Shown: in pieces, positions 12,601-25,519 of the stretch
Layout of the letters: each line of letters opens with the position of its first letter
How positions within the stretch are numbered: position 1 is the first letter of the stretch
Notes under the pieces: model-generated
What the model was told of the DNA's origin: nothing
The model's input: only the letters and a program-made list of their open reading frames with translations
The model's database searches: none
DNA from: Eledone cirrhosa
Lineage: Eukaryota
Length of the DNA: 64,000 nucleotides
Assembly (NCBI GenBank): GCA_964016885.1
Contig: OZ024751.1
Span: 558,001 to 622,000 of the forward strand
Direction of reading: 5' to 3'
Made by a program: the position numbers and the translations under genes

Positions 12601-15290
12601 TTGGTCATTAGTGGAAATCGAGTGGAGAACGCCATCGACCAATTCTCTCTGAGATTGTGTCAACATTGGCATACGTTCATCCACAATACGTTGCTGTTCC
12701 AGTGGATCAAACTGGAATAGTTCCCTCCGATCAGGTGGCAACCGTCTAAGCTGCAATCTCATGTTCAATGCTAAGACACGTTGCCGCATTTCTTCATCAG
12801 GAATTGGCAAATTGAAATCTCTTAAACAATTGAAATGAACTTCAAGCAGTTGCTCAATATTGAGCTTTCATCAAATTTTCATCATCGACCTGAAGATGAT
12901 GCCTAAAATCATCAGCCATAATTCTCCAATGGCGTTCAAATAACTCTCTTGGACCGGCAGGATTGCAGAATCCTAGAATCGTGACAAACAACTGCCTTAT
13001 TTGAGCTGGCATCTGTGTTGTTCCTACAGCTTCCATGGCGTTATTCCATTCAACGTCATCCCGAAGGAGTCCCAGATGCTGACACATAGCCTGGCATGTT
13101 TCATATTCCACGCCATTGATTATTTTCAAATCAGCGAAGCTCTGTTTACCTCTCGAAAAATCATTATGCAACAGAATTCGGAGATTAAACACATCACCAG
13201 ATGCTGGATGGACATTACAAACCCGTCCAATAGTCATGAATCTCAACTTCTGTTTTCTATCATTCCATTTCTTTCCTTTCTTATCCCACGTATAGTGCGA
13301 AGGGAAATCGCAGTAGAGTTGCCTTTGATCCAGGTTCAAAGCATGTTCCCTATTATGCTTGAACCACTCAGTCAATTCCGTCTTAGGAGGTGGTGCGTTA
13401 GCAATTCTTTCAACACCTCTTCTAGTGTCCTGAAAACAGACCATTTGCCTATTCTCTAAGTGAACCGTCAGTTTCTGAACGCTGGGTTTGCGTTCATTGA
13501 GATCAAAATTGAACAATCTCCAGCAAGCTTCGCTAGATCCAATCGAGCGAACATCCTGGAACCTGCCAACTTCATCTCCTTGGTTCGCCTCCTCATTCCT
13601 GACATTGCTCATTGCCCGATCATGACCTTTGTAAACATATTTGAATAGATATTTGCAAGCTTTCACTGAGCTACAAATTTCCACATTAATATGACAACGA
13701 TATTTCATAATCAAATATGGATTGTATGGCACAACCCATTGATTTGTAACCTGTCGACCGTTTACATTTTCGACCAAACCGCCATCTGCAGGCGACCGTC
13801 TTCTGTATGAGGGATGAGCATCCCCATCGTCCCAGGAAGTGTTCGTGACAAAAGATTTCTGAAAGTGCTTACTGCATTGGCCATTTTTCATGCAAGGCGC
13901 TTTCCGATTTGCCACTCCGCATTGGTTGTGCACCATTGACTTTGCCACCAAGTTGCGTAGTGCCTCATTCTCCGGCAGTTCAGCACACACAACGCTGTCG
14001 ACATCCTCAGCACATCTCAATTTGCAATCTCTATGTAAAATGATCAGCAAATGTGCATGTGGCAATCCTCTTTTTTGAATTCAATTACGTATGTAAAAGC
14101 AGCTATAGCTCCAAAGATTCCCTCTTTTTCCACATCATCCATTATCTTTTTCAGATATCCTTTGAATACTCTTGCCATAATATCAGGACGGTCCTTTGGC
14201 TGTTGTCCTGGCAAAAGTGCATCCTTAATATCAGTCCATTCAGGATTGCATGTAACAGTTATAAACAAATCTGGCTTTCCAAACTTTCTGACAATAGCCA
14301 TTGCATCCTGATAGCGAATGTTCATATATCTCGGGCCGCCGATGAACGACGATGGCAAAATGATGCGTCGACCAATTTGCTTGTAATTGGCATCACTGGC
14401 TGTTATCGCATCCTGTATATTATTATACAATTCAGCTCTGATATGTTGCTGATGTGTAGCTATATAATTTAGCCTTTGATTTTCGATCTTTGCGAATGCC
14501 ATACAACAGTATTCCTGGAACAATCTGCTGGCTTGAAATAGCGCATTTCTCTGTTGATTCCTCTCGTTCAAATGGAACGCGTAAAAGTCGCGAATCGAAT
14601 TATTGTGTCTATTGCCGCCTCCCTGTTGATGCTGATTCTCATGATCATCTAAATGAACAGACATGTTGCATCCATTTTCACCTTTTGGGAATAAAATGGA
14701 TCGTATGCCCTATTTGACTCATTGATATTCTTGAGACCACCGTCTCTGCGATTGGGGACGATATCTCTCGATTCTGGCTTATCGTCCATCAACACAGCAA
14801 CTTCACGAAATCCTTCAGGGACATTATATCACCGTTCGTGTTGATTCCTTGGCACTGCGTCAGCCTTAATGACCAATGTTTTCTGCTGAACATTTTGCAG
14901 TTCAGCCACCAACATGAAATCCATAACATAAGGATTACACTGTCTAAGCCATGATTGCAAATCACGGATCAAATCACTTAACCTTTGCCGATCAAGTTCA
15001 GTTATATTTCCCGGCAATTTCATCCAACCGATCCTGATATCCTCCTCCGATTCACTATAATCTGGATCGTTAAGGTAAATTTGAGCGAATCGAGGCCTCT
15101 CTCCTGGGGTAACTTCTAAATTACCGATACAATGATACAAACGGCCTTGAATGACTACATTCGGTTGCCATGCTCCACTCTCAAACATCTCACTAACTCT
15201 CTGCGATGCTAAAGCTAATGAATTGTTAATTTGCCGCGAATATTTGCGCAGTAATCTACCCCAGTCTCCTTGATCACCCCCACATACTTA
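9680..15290 (-). mobile_element. Autonomous-type Helitron, 5' truncated, frameshifted
   Basis: RepHel fragments 11302-15290; 3' terminus on minus strand TACCCAG-GCAACG-CTGGGTA hairpin (9690-9709) then CTGCTG-CTAG|T at 9680. Confidence 0.92.
11302..15290 (-). pseudogene. Helitron Rep/PIF1-family helicase (RepHel) broken into at least 7 ORF pieces
   Basis: Rep: GKPDLFITVTCNPEW, IEF..(fs)PHAHLL (HUH), KYLFKYVYKGHD; helicase: DAPGGTGKTF, IIWDEAPM, LGGDFRQVLP, RRQFPVNLAFSMTVNKAQGQT, HGQLYVAASRV. Confidence 0.95.
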
Positions 15291-15407
15291 GTATTTTAAA
15301 CTCCGGTGATTTATAAAACTGCTCTATATTATATTTTATCTGATGAAAGCACACAATAAATATGGTTTTATAAATTTATAAATATAGTTTCCATTTATTA
15401 ATATATC

Positions 15408-15483
<76 letters not shown>

Positions 15484-17648
15484 GGAGAGAGAGAGTTATT
15501 TTATATCGTTGTTAGGAAACAATAATGTCGTTTTTCCGTGAAGCTAATCACCGGTTGATTGCCTATCTGACAGTGAATGCAACAAGTGAATGTTTAAGAG
15601 GGACTTAATTCCTATAACACCGGTAGTTAAGGCTTTTCTTCCTTTCGTCGGGGATGTATATACATCCTTTATATACATATTTTCTCCCTGGTAACTTTAT
15701 ATTGATTTGTTACTTCTGCAAATCATATTCATTAGATAAACTGTGTTTGTATGTACAAGATGTATTAATAAATAAACAAAGAAATAAAATCGAGACCATT
15801 TCACAATTAGAAAACTCATTGATGCTCCCTTCTCTCATAATCGCCTTCTAATGACTGCAACCGGCACATAACACTGCTGCTAGTGATTGCGAGGCTAAGG
15901 CGTTGAAATAGGCAAGTACTCCCAAAAGCAAAAACTTCAGTTATATTGTTGATGCCGATAATTCGCAGTGTTTCTAGAATTACTTGAAAATTGTTTTATT
16001 TGTTCTCCAGTCTGTTCTGAGCAGGTGTGGTCGTCAAAAGCAATAAACACTCAGCGGGCATCTAGAATGAGGTTGTGAGGTGGTGCTCGCCTTACCGACG
16101 TATCAGATGATGTCTTCGAAGGTACTTGGTTATTCTAGTGTCTTAGTCACTCTATCACTCTCTGCAATGCTGCGAGTGTGTTGGCATGTCTCAAGAACTA
16201 CAGCGTCTTTTGTTTTGTCTTGTAATTGAGTCCGCGGTTCGTTTGTCCACCCCTTTCGCCTGCCTTTTGTTGTATGTGGTCTTAGATGTGTGCATTACCT
16301 GCTTGTGTGTGTGTTGTTTTTTTCTTTTTTTCTCTTTTTATTTGTAATATGATAATGACGATTATGTTGGCAAAGATATAAAGTTTACAAATTGAGTTCG
16401 AATGTGTTTTCCTCTGGATTTTTCTGATAATCTTATTCCAGGAAATTGTTAATCTTTTGATAATCTACGTATATAAAATTTTGTTGTTTTTTAAAATTTG
16501 AAGTAATTTTTTTTCGGCGACATAACCAACCAGCACCCTCCCCCCCTCATCACCCCCAAAAATTTACTTCACCGAACAGTCTCGCTTCACTTCAGATAGC
16601 CGCTGTTTAAGGTCACATGTGCACAGGACTGACCGATAAACTAACAAAAATGTAAAACAAGTTTTTCTGTCATGGAAATCACAACGAGTTTGTGGTAATG
16701 ATGTATCCTAGTTGGATTGTTTATCAATATAGACGTGAGGGAAAGTCCCTCGTCTATTTACCATTTTTGTAAGTGAGAGGCTAGGTACTCCATAGAATTA
16801 TAACAAGTGAGTGGGTGTGTGCGTAGACAAGATAATAACCACAACGAGAGTTCTATTCAACAATGTAAATAATGGTGATGTTTATTTTGTCTATCATGTG
16901 TTTATTATATTACAAATGAAACATACCAATATAGACGTGATCCAGTTGTAGTGAAGGCAATGTATTACAATTACAAAGGCCGTGTGCTGTTTGCTGTGGC
17001 TTGTCTATTGGTTCGTGGTTCAGGGGCCGTCTGCTGTTTGCTGTCTGCTGTCTGCTGTTCCCGTGGCTGTCTGCTGCTTACCTAAAAGGTGTTCACAACC
17101 AGGGGGAGACAACTAGGCCTGGTCCATTATCCGACAGGGGGGCGTAAGGCGTCTTACTACAGAACCCCCTGCCAGATTTTCAAATCATCGAAAATCGATG
17201 TTATTACTCACACGTGGAGTAAGATGGCGAACAATGCAACAAGGGGGAGCTATTCGCTCTACCAATCGTTAAATCCAGAATAAGGATTTGAAAAATGTTT
17301 AAAAAAACATGCATGCATAAAAAAAAGGCAAAGAAAAAGCAGAAACACAGATGCAAAAAAAAGGTGCAGCTAACACAGTCTAAATATAGACGGTGCTGCA
17401 AAATTTTTTGGGCCAGTGGACCCTACGACCTGAACGGGTCGTGGTCTTGTAACGTGGCGATGGTGGTGGTGTAGGGACAGGCGATGATGGTGGTTCAGGA
17501 ACAGGCGTTCGCTCAACAGGCAAATACGAAGGGGTTCGTGGATCAGGAACCACAGCGTCCGTGTCCAGGTGTGCCTGCTTAAGCCAGTCTATCGTAACTG
17601 TCTCCCTGGACCCTTTAATATCTAGAGTGAAATGCTTAGCTGAGCGCG

Positions 17649-20165
17649 CTAAGACACGGTTAGGTCCAGTGTAAGCGGGGGCTTCACAGAATCTTTCCTT
17701 ACGAAGACATGCGTCCACGAGGCAACATCCCTCGGGACAGCAGTCTTGACAGTTTGTTTCCTAGTGTCCATTGGCGGCAAATCCTGGAAATAGGAGCGCA
17801 AACGGGACACGTAGGAAGCGTGATCTTGGGCATCAAGATCGATAGGGTCAAGCATTTGCCCGGGCAACGTCAGAGGGGCACCGTACAGTACTTCGGTCGG
17901 TGAAAATCCAAAGTCGACCTTCACCGTTGACCGAATTCCCAATAGCACAATAGGGAGGTACTCGCTCCAACGCGCCGAGTCCATTGAGGCCATTAAGGAG
18001 GCCTTCAGTTGTCGGTGAAAACGCTCCACCATACCATTCGAAGCGGGATGGTACGCCGTAGTTCTGATGCGTTTAGCACCAATTAATTTTGACAGTTCGA
18101 GGAAAAGGCTCGACTCGAACTGTCGTCCACGGTCGGTAGTTACTGTGGATGGAACTCCATAACGAGAGATCCATCCAGACACAAGAGCACGGGCTGTTGT
18201 CTCAGCGGTGATGTTTTTCAAGGGGATGGCTTCAGGCCATCTCGAAAAACGGTCAATTATAGTCAGCAGATAAGAATAACCGTCGCTGACAGGCCAAGGT
18301 CCCACTATATCAATGTGAATGTGCGAAAAACGCGCATCTGGGTTAGTAAAGGTATCCAGGGGAGCCTTGACGTGTCGATGGACCTTTGATTTCTGGCAAG
18401 CGACGCAGGAACGGCACCAAGCAGCAATTTCACGCCTCATATTTGGCCAGAAAAATCTAGCTGATATGAGTTTTTCTGTGGCAGAAGATCCTGGATGCGA
18501 GAAACTATGTAATGCCAGAAACACGGTCCGACGATGATTCTCTGGAACGAAGGGCCTAGGCACGTCCAAAGAGACGTCGCAGAGAATTTGGCCAACTGCA
18601 GTAGTCAGAGGAAAGTATTTAATCTCGCAATTCGCAAACTCAGGCGATATAACATCCAATGACTCAAGGGGAGGCTGATCCGCAGCCAAACGAGTCAGAT
18701 CTATGTCAGAGGGTGACGAGATCGCTGTCACGGGTAAGCGGGACAAAGCATCGGCCGCTGTATTCAGTGAACCCGGAATGTGTTGGATATCATTCGTATA
18801 TTGCGAGATGAAATCAAGGTGTCTCGTCTCTCTGGACGAGTATTTATCAGCCTTCGCTCTCAACGCAAAAGTCAATGGTTTATGGTCAGTGAGGATAGTA
18901 AATAGTCTACCCTCTAGCATATGTGAAAAATGTTTCACGGCTAAATAGATGGCTAAAAGCTCCCTTCCAAAGGTGCTGTAGCGCGTCTCAGCAGGTTTCA
19001 TTTTTCTGGAAAAAAACTCCAGCGGTTGCTGGTAACCATTGATGTTTTGCTGTAGCACTGCGCCCACAGCGATATCCGATGCATCAACACAAAGCGTTAG
19101 CTTTGCACCGGGTACCGGGTGAGCCAGTAAAGAAGCATTAGCCAAAGCAGTTTTGGCGTGCTGAAAATCAGCAAGTTGAGTCTCGGTTAAAGAAAGGTCT
19201 TTGTTCTTCTTCCGACAATTTTTTAAAATCTCCGTCAGGGAGAAAAACAATCTTGCACAATTTGGCACGAAACGCCTATAAAAGTTGATCAGGCCTAAGA
19301 ACTGGCGTAACTGACGTAGTGAGGTCGGTGGAGACAAATCCTCTATGACCTTAACTCGCTCAGGCCGGGGTCGAATACCGTCAGCATCGATGACGTGACC
19401 CAAGAAAGTCAGTGACTCAGCACCAAAAACACATTTGGGTGCATTAATCTGCACGTTATACGCCTTCAATCGGCGGAAAAGAAGATTTAAATGGTGCGTA
19501 TGTTGTTCTTGAGAAGAACTAGCAATGAGCAGGTCGTCAATATATGTATAGACGAAATCGAGGCCACGAGTAACCTCATCCATAAACCGCTGAAACGTAC
19601 TAGCGGCATTCCTTAATCCGAACGGCATGGTCAAAAACTCAAATGACCCAAATGGCGTAACTATAGCCGTTTTTGGAATGTCATTTTTATGGACAGAAAT
19701 TTGATGGTACGCACGAATTAAATCCAGTTTGGAGAATACCTTGCATCCCTGCAACGAAGACGCAAAGTCTTGCAGATGAGGGATAGGATAACGGTCCGGT
19801 TCCGTTATTGAATTTAAGCGTCGATAATCTCCAGTAGGTCTCCAATCGCCAGTCGCTTTCGGTACCATGTGTAATGGGGACGCCCACGGGCTCGTGGACG
19901 GACGAATAATCCCCAACTGCAGCATATGATCAAACTCTGATCGTGCTGCTTTGAGTTTGTCCGGAGGCAAGCGACGAGGACGAGAAAAAACGGGAGCACC
20001 AGTTGTAGTTATGAAGTGCTCCGTGGTATGAGTTGGCTCATCAACTCGAAAATTTCCTTGAGTCAGTTGCGGGAACGAGTTCAACAATGCATGGTAAGTA
20101 TCGCCGGTGTTAGCAAGAAAAAAAGGTCGGGCTAACCGTTGGAACTCCTGCTGCCTTGCCAACAA
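17649..20165 (-). CDS. Gypsy pol: reverse transcriptase, RNase H, integrase; frameshifted at both ends
   Basis: [32 protein letters not shown]; [18 protein letters not shown]; HSFSHPG..CVAC; [25 protein letters not shown]; GPY-like tail continues in 17380-17718. Confidence 0.95.
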   Translation of the reverse strand: MLARQQEFQRLARPFFLANTGDTYHALLNSFPQLTQGNFRVDEPTHTTEHFITTTGAPVFSRPRRLPPDKLKAARSEFDHMLQLGIIRPSTSPWASPLHMVPKATGDWRPTGDYRRLNSITEPDRYPIPHLQDFASSLQGCKVFSKLDLIRAYHQISVHKNDIPKTAIVTPFGSFEFLTMPFGLRNAASTFQRFMDEVTRGLDFVYTYIDDLLIASSSQEQHTHHLNLLFRRLKAYNVQINAPKCVFGAESLTFLGHVIDADGIRPRPERVKVIEDLSPPTSLRQLRQFLGLINFYRRFVPNCARLFFSLTEILKNCRKKNKDLSLTETQLADFQHAKTALANASLLAHPVPGAKLTLCVDASDIAVGAVLQQNINGYQQPLEFFSRKMKPAETRYSTFGRELLAIYLAVKHFSHMLEGRLFTILTDHKPLTFALRAKADKYSSRETRHLDFISQYTNDIQHIPGSLNTAADALSRLPVTAISSPSDIDLTRLAADQPPLESLDVISPEFANCEIKYFPLTTAVGQILCDVSLDVPRPFVPENHRRTVFLALHSFSHPGSSATEKLISARFFWPNMRREIAAWCRSCVACQKSKVHRHVKAPLDTFTNPDARFSHIHIDIVGPWPVSDGYSYLLTIIDRFSRWPEAIPLKNITAETTARALVSGWISRYGVPSTVTTDRGRQFESSLFLELSKLIGAKRIRTTAYHPASNGMVERFHRQLKASLMASMDSARWSEYLPIVLLGIRSTVKVDFGFSPTEVLYGAPLTLPGQMLDPIDLDAQDHASYVSRLRSYFQDLPPMDTRKQTVKTAVPRDVASWTHVFVRKDSVKPPLTLDLTVS

Positions 20166-20565
20166 CAGTTAAACCAGTGATGTCATCAATTAGGCGTTTA
20201 CGACGGAGGTCCACCGTCAATGAAAAATGGTGGAAAAAATCCGCGCCTAGAATCGGATACGGCAAGGCAGCGACAGTAAATATCCATTTAAACTCACGCC
20301 GCAGATTACGGAACTGCAAAGGTAGCGAGATTTGTTCGAAGGTTCGAATCGGCGAACAATTTACTGCCTGCAACTCAATAGGTGACTCAAGGGGAATCTC
20401 CTTCATACAACACACAGGCCATATTGAACAAACTGCACCTGTGTCAACCAGAAAGGCTCTACCTGATAGCAGGTCCTCAATGAAAAAGTGGCGGTTGGAT
20501 GATGTTTCGCAGAGCGCACTATCCGCCGTTAGTGACTCTGGTCGTCGTTTCCCTTGTAAGCACAA
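20110..20565 (-). CDS. Gypsy aspartic protease fragment
   Basis: [11 protein letters not shown] and PILGADF motifs. Confidence 0.9.
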   Translation of the reverse strand: MCLQGKRRPESLTADSALCETSSNRHFFIEDLLSGRAFLVDTGAVCSIWPVCCMKEIPLESPIELQAVNCSPIRTFEQISLPLQFRNLRREFKWIFTVAALPYPILGADFFHHFSLTVDLRRKRLIDDITGLTVVGKAAGVPTVSPTFFSC

Positions 20566-21307
20566 GGAGGCCTACAACGGGCGGCTTTGTCACCATATTT
20601 GTCATGGCAATAACAATATGGTGGATTTGATGTTTTGGAAAGGCTACGGTGGCGAGGAGTTGAATAAGATCGTGAGCGGGTCCTCTGGCGTCCAAAAGAC
20701 CTGAGTTCCTGGCACAACTCCGCCATTTGACGAGTCATGGCTTCCATTGTTTTGACTAACTTCTCATCACTCGCTGATGAGCGTGATTGAGGAAGAGAAG
20801 AGGAAGCAACGTACTTTTGCTTCGAAGTGTCTCTCTTCGTCACTTCTACTATTTTGTCGATAGAGACAGCAATGTGGTCGAGTGTGTTTACTTCTAGCAT
20901 ATGGGCTAGGATCGCCTGTACCTCTTGAGGTAGGCGAGAGAAGAACAATTGCTTCAGGAAAAGGCTATCCTGATCTTGGGAATCACTCAATTCCCGCAAA
21001 TGCCGGAGGAAAGCGGTAGGGGTTCTGTCACCTAGTCGTTCGTCCTCGATCAATGACCGAAAACGACTCTCTACCGATTTACAGTTCCTTCTCAAGATCT
21101 CGCCTTTTAAAGAATCATATGTTGTCAGAGGGGGGGGGGGTCTGTAATTAGGTCTTGGACCGAATCTGCTAAATTAGGGGGAAGTCCGCTAATCAAGACA
21201 GCGAGGCGCTGGTCAGACTCGGTCTTACAGACCGTAAAATACGCCTGTAGCTGGGCGAACCACAGCTTAGGGTTTCCGGTAAAGGCGGGCAAATGTGGCG
21301 TATTCAT
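20529..21307 (-). pseudogene. Gypsy gag, frameshifted at a poly-G run near 21130
   Basis: LPAFTGNPKLWFAQLQAYF, LGDRTPTAFLRHLREL, LKQLFFSRLP, C-terminal [18 protein letters not shown] knuckle. Confidence 0.85.
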
Positions 21308-21956
21308 TGTGAAACTACTTTAAAAAAATAGAAACAGCAATTAATGTTCCCTCGTACAGGGAAAAGTACACACCCAAAATGGAAAAAAAAAATCAAAGGT
21401 CAAAAAGAAACAGACATTCAAAACATTAGGAAATAGCAAAAATACATAAAGTAGATATATATATTTAAAAAATTTTTTTTTTCCCTTCAACGTCTGTCCC
21501 CTTGTGTTGCTTCAATGGGCAAGCCAAATCATATAACCCGAGAAAAAGAGAAAAAAAAAAAAATGTTTGTTTTAGAATATATCCACGTTGGATATCAACA
21601 ATAGGTAGCCTGTAGCTAAAAATCCCTTAGAAAAAAAGTAAGGCATGTATATCCCCTGCGGGGCAGTAATGTTCACAAAAAAGTTTTTTTCCTGATCAAA
21701 TATGGAACACACACAAGCAATTCAAAATGTCCCTGTCCTGGTGGGAAAATTGCAAAACGGAGAAGATAAGCAACGCCATCTTGGAAACATTTTTTGGCTG
21801 GTTTGCATACCTTGTCAATACTGTTTAAAAACTTTATTATTTCTCTGTCTTTTTTTTTCGTTTGTATTTTTGTAAGTTGCGAAAAGGTTGGCAACGTGGT
21901 AATAACAGTGAAATATTTAAGTTCAAATTAATAAAAAGGCTACGTAAAATTCTTTA

Positions 21957-21969
21957 GTCGGGGTCACCA
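21957..21969 (-). promoter_or_regulatory. Primer-binding site, tRNA-Trp type
   Basis: TGGTGACCCCGAC 1 nt after the 5' LTR, complementary to the eukaryotic tRNA-Trp 3' end GTCGGGGTCACCA. Confidence 0.85.
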
Positions 21970-22592
21970 GTATGGTAATGATGTATCCTAGTTGGATTGT
22001 TTATCAATATAGACGTGAGGGAAAGTCCCTCGTCTATTTACCATTTTTGTAAGTGAGAGGCTAGGTACTCCATAGAATTATAACAAGTGAGTGGGTGTGT
22101 GCGTAGACAAGATAATAACCACAACGAGAGTTCTATTCAACAATGTAAATAATGGTGATGTTTATTTTGTCTATCATGTGTTTATTATATTACAAATGAA
22201 ACATACCAATATAGACGTGATCCAGTTGTAGTGAAGGCAACGTATTACAATTACAAAGGCCGTGTGCTGTTTGCTGTGGCTTGTCTATTGGTTCGTGGTA
22301 CAGGGGCCGTCTGCTGTTTGCTGTCTGCTGTCTGCTGTTCCCGTGGTTGTCTGCTGCTTACCTAAAAGGTGTTCTCAACAGGGGGAGACAACTAGGCCTG
22401 GTCCATTATCCGACAGGGGGGCGTAAGGCGTCTTACTACAAGTTCGATGGAAAAAGATATGATCGTGTATGGCGGATATAGTTATCGTAATGATAAGGCA
22501 GGCTCAAGGAATTTGCATTGGCGATGTCAGGACAGAAAATGTAAAGGAAGCTTGGTGACCATTGAGAATTATAAACAAATGACAAAAGAAGT

Positions 22593-23088
22593 TGTACAGC
22601 CACCGGAATAACATCTGTGAAATATACAGTGCCATCTACCTGTTAGCTAGCTACTTCAACGTGAAACAAAAGAACCCTTAAAACCTACCAGAATAAACGC
22701 CTACACATCGGCTAAACATCAAACGATTGTTTCTGTATAAATAGAGTGGTTCCCAACACTTCGCTAGTCGTCTTTTGGCAGAGTCAGCTAGCGCATCGTT
22801 GTTACTCGCCTCTGCCACGCTTTGTCACTCACACGCCTTGTACCTCGTATCGTCGCTTCATGTGAAAATAAATAGCTGATCGAATTTACATCTCGCTTTG
22901 CTTCGTCCTTTCAACTTGTGCTTTCGTCTGTCCAGCCTCAACAGTTCTTTTAAGAGCTATATGCGACAACAGTCCTTTTAAGGACTATCTTCAGATCTGA
23001 TCAGACCGTATGCGATAAGAGTCCTTCTAAGGGCTATTCTCGGATCTGATCAGAAGTAGTGACTAGACTGACTAACCACGTCGCCACA
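22593..23088 (+). mobile_element. Solo LTR (496 bp)
   Basis: TG...CA ends, 4-bp TSD AAGT (22589-22592, 23089-23092), TATA-like GTATAAATA and AATAAA inside; removal restores the FLYWCH frame. Confidence 0.8.
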
Positions 23089-23212
23089 AAGTTATTGTGC
23101 CGAGGGTGAGAGGTCCTCATTCCCACTCTCCTGTGGTCATGACTGTGAAGACAAGAAAACCAAAATCACATTTAAAGAGGCGCCAAGCAAACGACAAGTA
23201 ACCATTATTTCA

Positions 23213-23320
23213 TTTCCCGCCGAAGTTGACTTTGTCTTTCATCCTTACGGGGTCGATAAAATAAAGTACCAGTAATGCACTGGGTATTTGCTGGCCTTGT
23301 GCCTAAAGTAGAAACAATTA
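23213..23320 (+). mobile_element. SINE family 1, 5' truncated
   Basis: Shared core and tail. Confidence 0.8.
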
Positions 23321-23444
23321 TTTCATTTAAACCGTTTTTTTTTTTAAACCAATAATAAAAACTTTCCATACAAATTTGTTTATTTTAGTCTTCTTGCAAC
23401 TTTTAAGGCATGAAAAAAAAAATCAGTATTGAATAAAATTATGT

Positions 23445-25476
23445 TTTAGCAAGGTAGAAGTATGAAGGTCGTTAGTGTGGCAGTGTCCAGTGTAGCTGTG
23501 GCCAGTGGTCACAGTGTGGTAAAGTGATAGTATCCTCGTTGGATTGTCTTGTCGACATAGACGCGAGGGAAGCTCCCTCGATCTATTTACCATCTTTGTA
23601 TTTACAATATTCCCTTCGTCAGGTCGCCAATTCCAGCAGCATGGATTATAGATGTTATTGAGACACGAGTAACATAATAATGATTTCAACAGCAGAAATT
23701 AGAGATGAAATGTATGTTTATTTTTGATGTAGCACAAACAATGTTTGTTAACTTATATGGTTGAAGTTACATATAAAAAGAGGTTACAAAAGGGAATGTG
23801 CCATTGCGCCGGAAAGCCGGCGAGGCTAGGGTGCAAAATCTCACCGTTACATTATGCGTGTTGCTGGTTCGAAGTTTCCGGTACAAGAGAAAGATTCTTC
23901 AAATCTTCGCGGGGAATTTCTTCCTCAGGGCGCGTAGGGATACATCCTCTTCTACTGGCGCTGATTGGCTGAACTGAGCCAAATCACGCACAGAGAATGT
24001 ATGTGAGCCCGCGGAATGTAGGTCACTACAATACCTCCGAGCAGATTTTTAGTCGAAAATCGTAAACGAAGAAGCCAAAGACCCACAAGGAAGTCGATAC
24101 AGATTATTGAATCAGCAAGAACAAATGCTGAAAGAGCACATCAGTTTAAAAAAATAATTGGGCAGAAGGCTGCATGCAAGAAAAAAAATGAGGCGCTACG
24201 GGCCGTGTTGAGCCGCTGTGTCAAATGACCAGCTGTTTTGTTGTTTATACGTGACCAGTAAAGGTCTAACAAAAACGGATAAAGTCTGACATGGGCGAAG
24301 TTGCTGTTCTTGCATTTAATGTTAATGGTAAGTGCTGTACCAGTAGCTGTGGACGAAGCTATTATGGTAGTTTACCAGTGCTGGCAAGAAGATGATGGGT
24401 AGGCGAGAAAATGTTGGCCTCCCAGATGTATTGCCGAATGTGCTAGGGAGCCAGGAAAAAATGGCTGGTTGCTTTGAAAAGAAAAAGAGCAAGTTTAATC
24501 TGTAGGTGGGTTGCAGTGTAAATTCCATAATTCGGGCGAATCCACAGAAGTGGCCGAAATGCTGACAAGTCCAGTTCTATTTGCTGTTTTCCCAGCGAGT
24601 CTGGCAAAAACAGCAAGACGAAGGCCGTCATGGACGATCAGTGTGCAACGAGATGCAAAACTGTTTGAGCTCAGCTGCAATTAGTATTCTCGTGTTGCGG
24701 TGCCTGTTTGAATCCAAGTGGATTAAGCTCTGTGAGCTGCTAGCATGTGACAGCATCTCAACCAGGTGAAAAGGGATCTCGCAGAATATTATGTTTGAAG
24801 AACATATACCAAGAACAACATGTTGGTGTGTGACAAAAAAAAATGTGTGCATATGCAGGCATGTAAAACAGCAAAGAATGTGAATGAACAAAAACCATGA
24901 GCAAGCAAATAGCAAAAGAGCACAAAACAAGTAAATGCATTCTACAAAGAAATATGTGAATGTAACAAACTGATAATTCAAAGTCAATCTAAGGGAGCAG
25001 AAAAATTGCTCAATAAGTTCAAAGTTTTTCAAAGTCAAATAGTTCACACATCACCAGTGTACAGACTTTCTGACACTAGTTCTATCTGAAAACTGAAAAA
25101 GAAGTTTGTTAATGCCGTTAGGGGTTAGATGTATGGTGTTTTTGAGAGTTTTCGTGGCCATTTTACCGTCCTGCCACCTTGTGTGACAAAAGGTTGTGTT
25201 GCTTGTTGTTAAAGCAAAGTCAATGAATCTTCTGTAGAGTAGCAGTCAAGCGTTGAAGAACCCAGAGTCCAATATGGCAGCCACGTCTGACGCCATAATG
25301 GTGAGAAAACTACTGTCTCAATTTCTCGAGTCCCTGTGGTAACGAGACAGAAGGTATGGTGGTTGCGTCGGTAAAGTTATAAGCCGTTTTGAAATTTCCG
25401 ATGTGTGGTGGTTTGCGTCGGTAAGGCTATGAAGCTGCCATCTCACCATTCCTTGTCGTCGGTCAGTGGCTAAACA

Positions 25477-25519
<43 letters not shown>

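Larger units (their letters stand above)
16691..22440 (-). mobile_element. Full-length Ty3/Gypsy LTR retrotransposon
   Basis: LTRs 16691-17161 and 21971-22440 (about 6 differences by eye), 4-bp TSD AGTT (16687-16690, 22441-22444), PBS at 21957-21969, purine-rich tract next to 3' LTR, gag-PR-RT-RH-IN order. Confidence 0.97.
16672..23201 (+). pseudogene. FLYWCH zinc-finger ORF (unit B, 91 aa) split by two LTR insertions
   Basis: Join 16672-16690, 22445-22592 and 23093-23201 (each element plus one TSD removed) gives MEITTSSMEKDMIVYGGYSYRNDKAGSRNLHWRCQDRKCKGSLVTIENYKQMTKEVIVPRVRGPHSHSPVVMTVKTRKPKSHLKRRQANDK* with GY-Y, WRC, C and HxH all in frame. Confidence 0.85.

Noticed and set aside
13001-20704. 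Plus-strand ORFs such as 13001-13459 and 20156-20704
   Set aside because: Antisense shadows of RepHel and Gypsy coding sequence with no recognisable motifs
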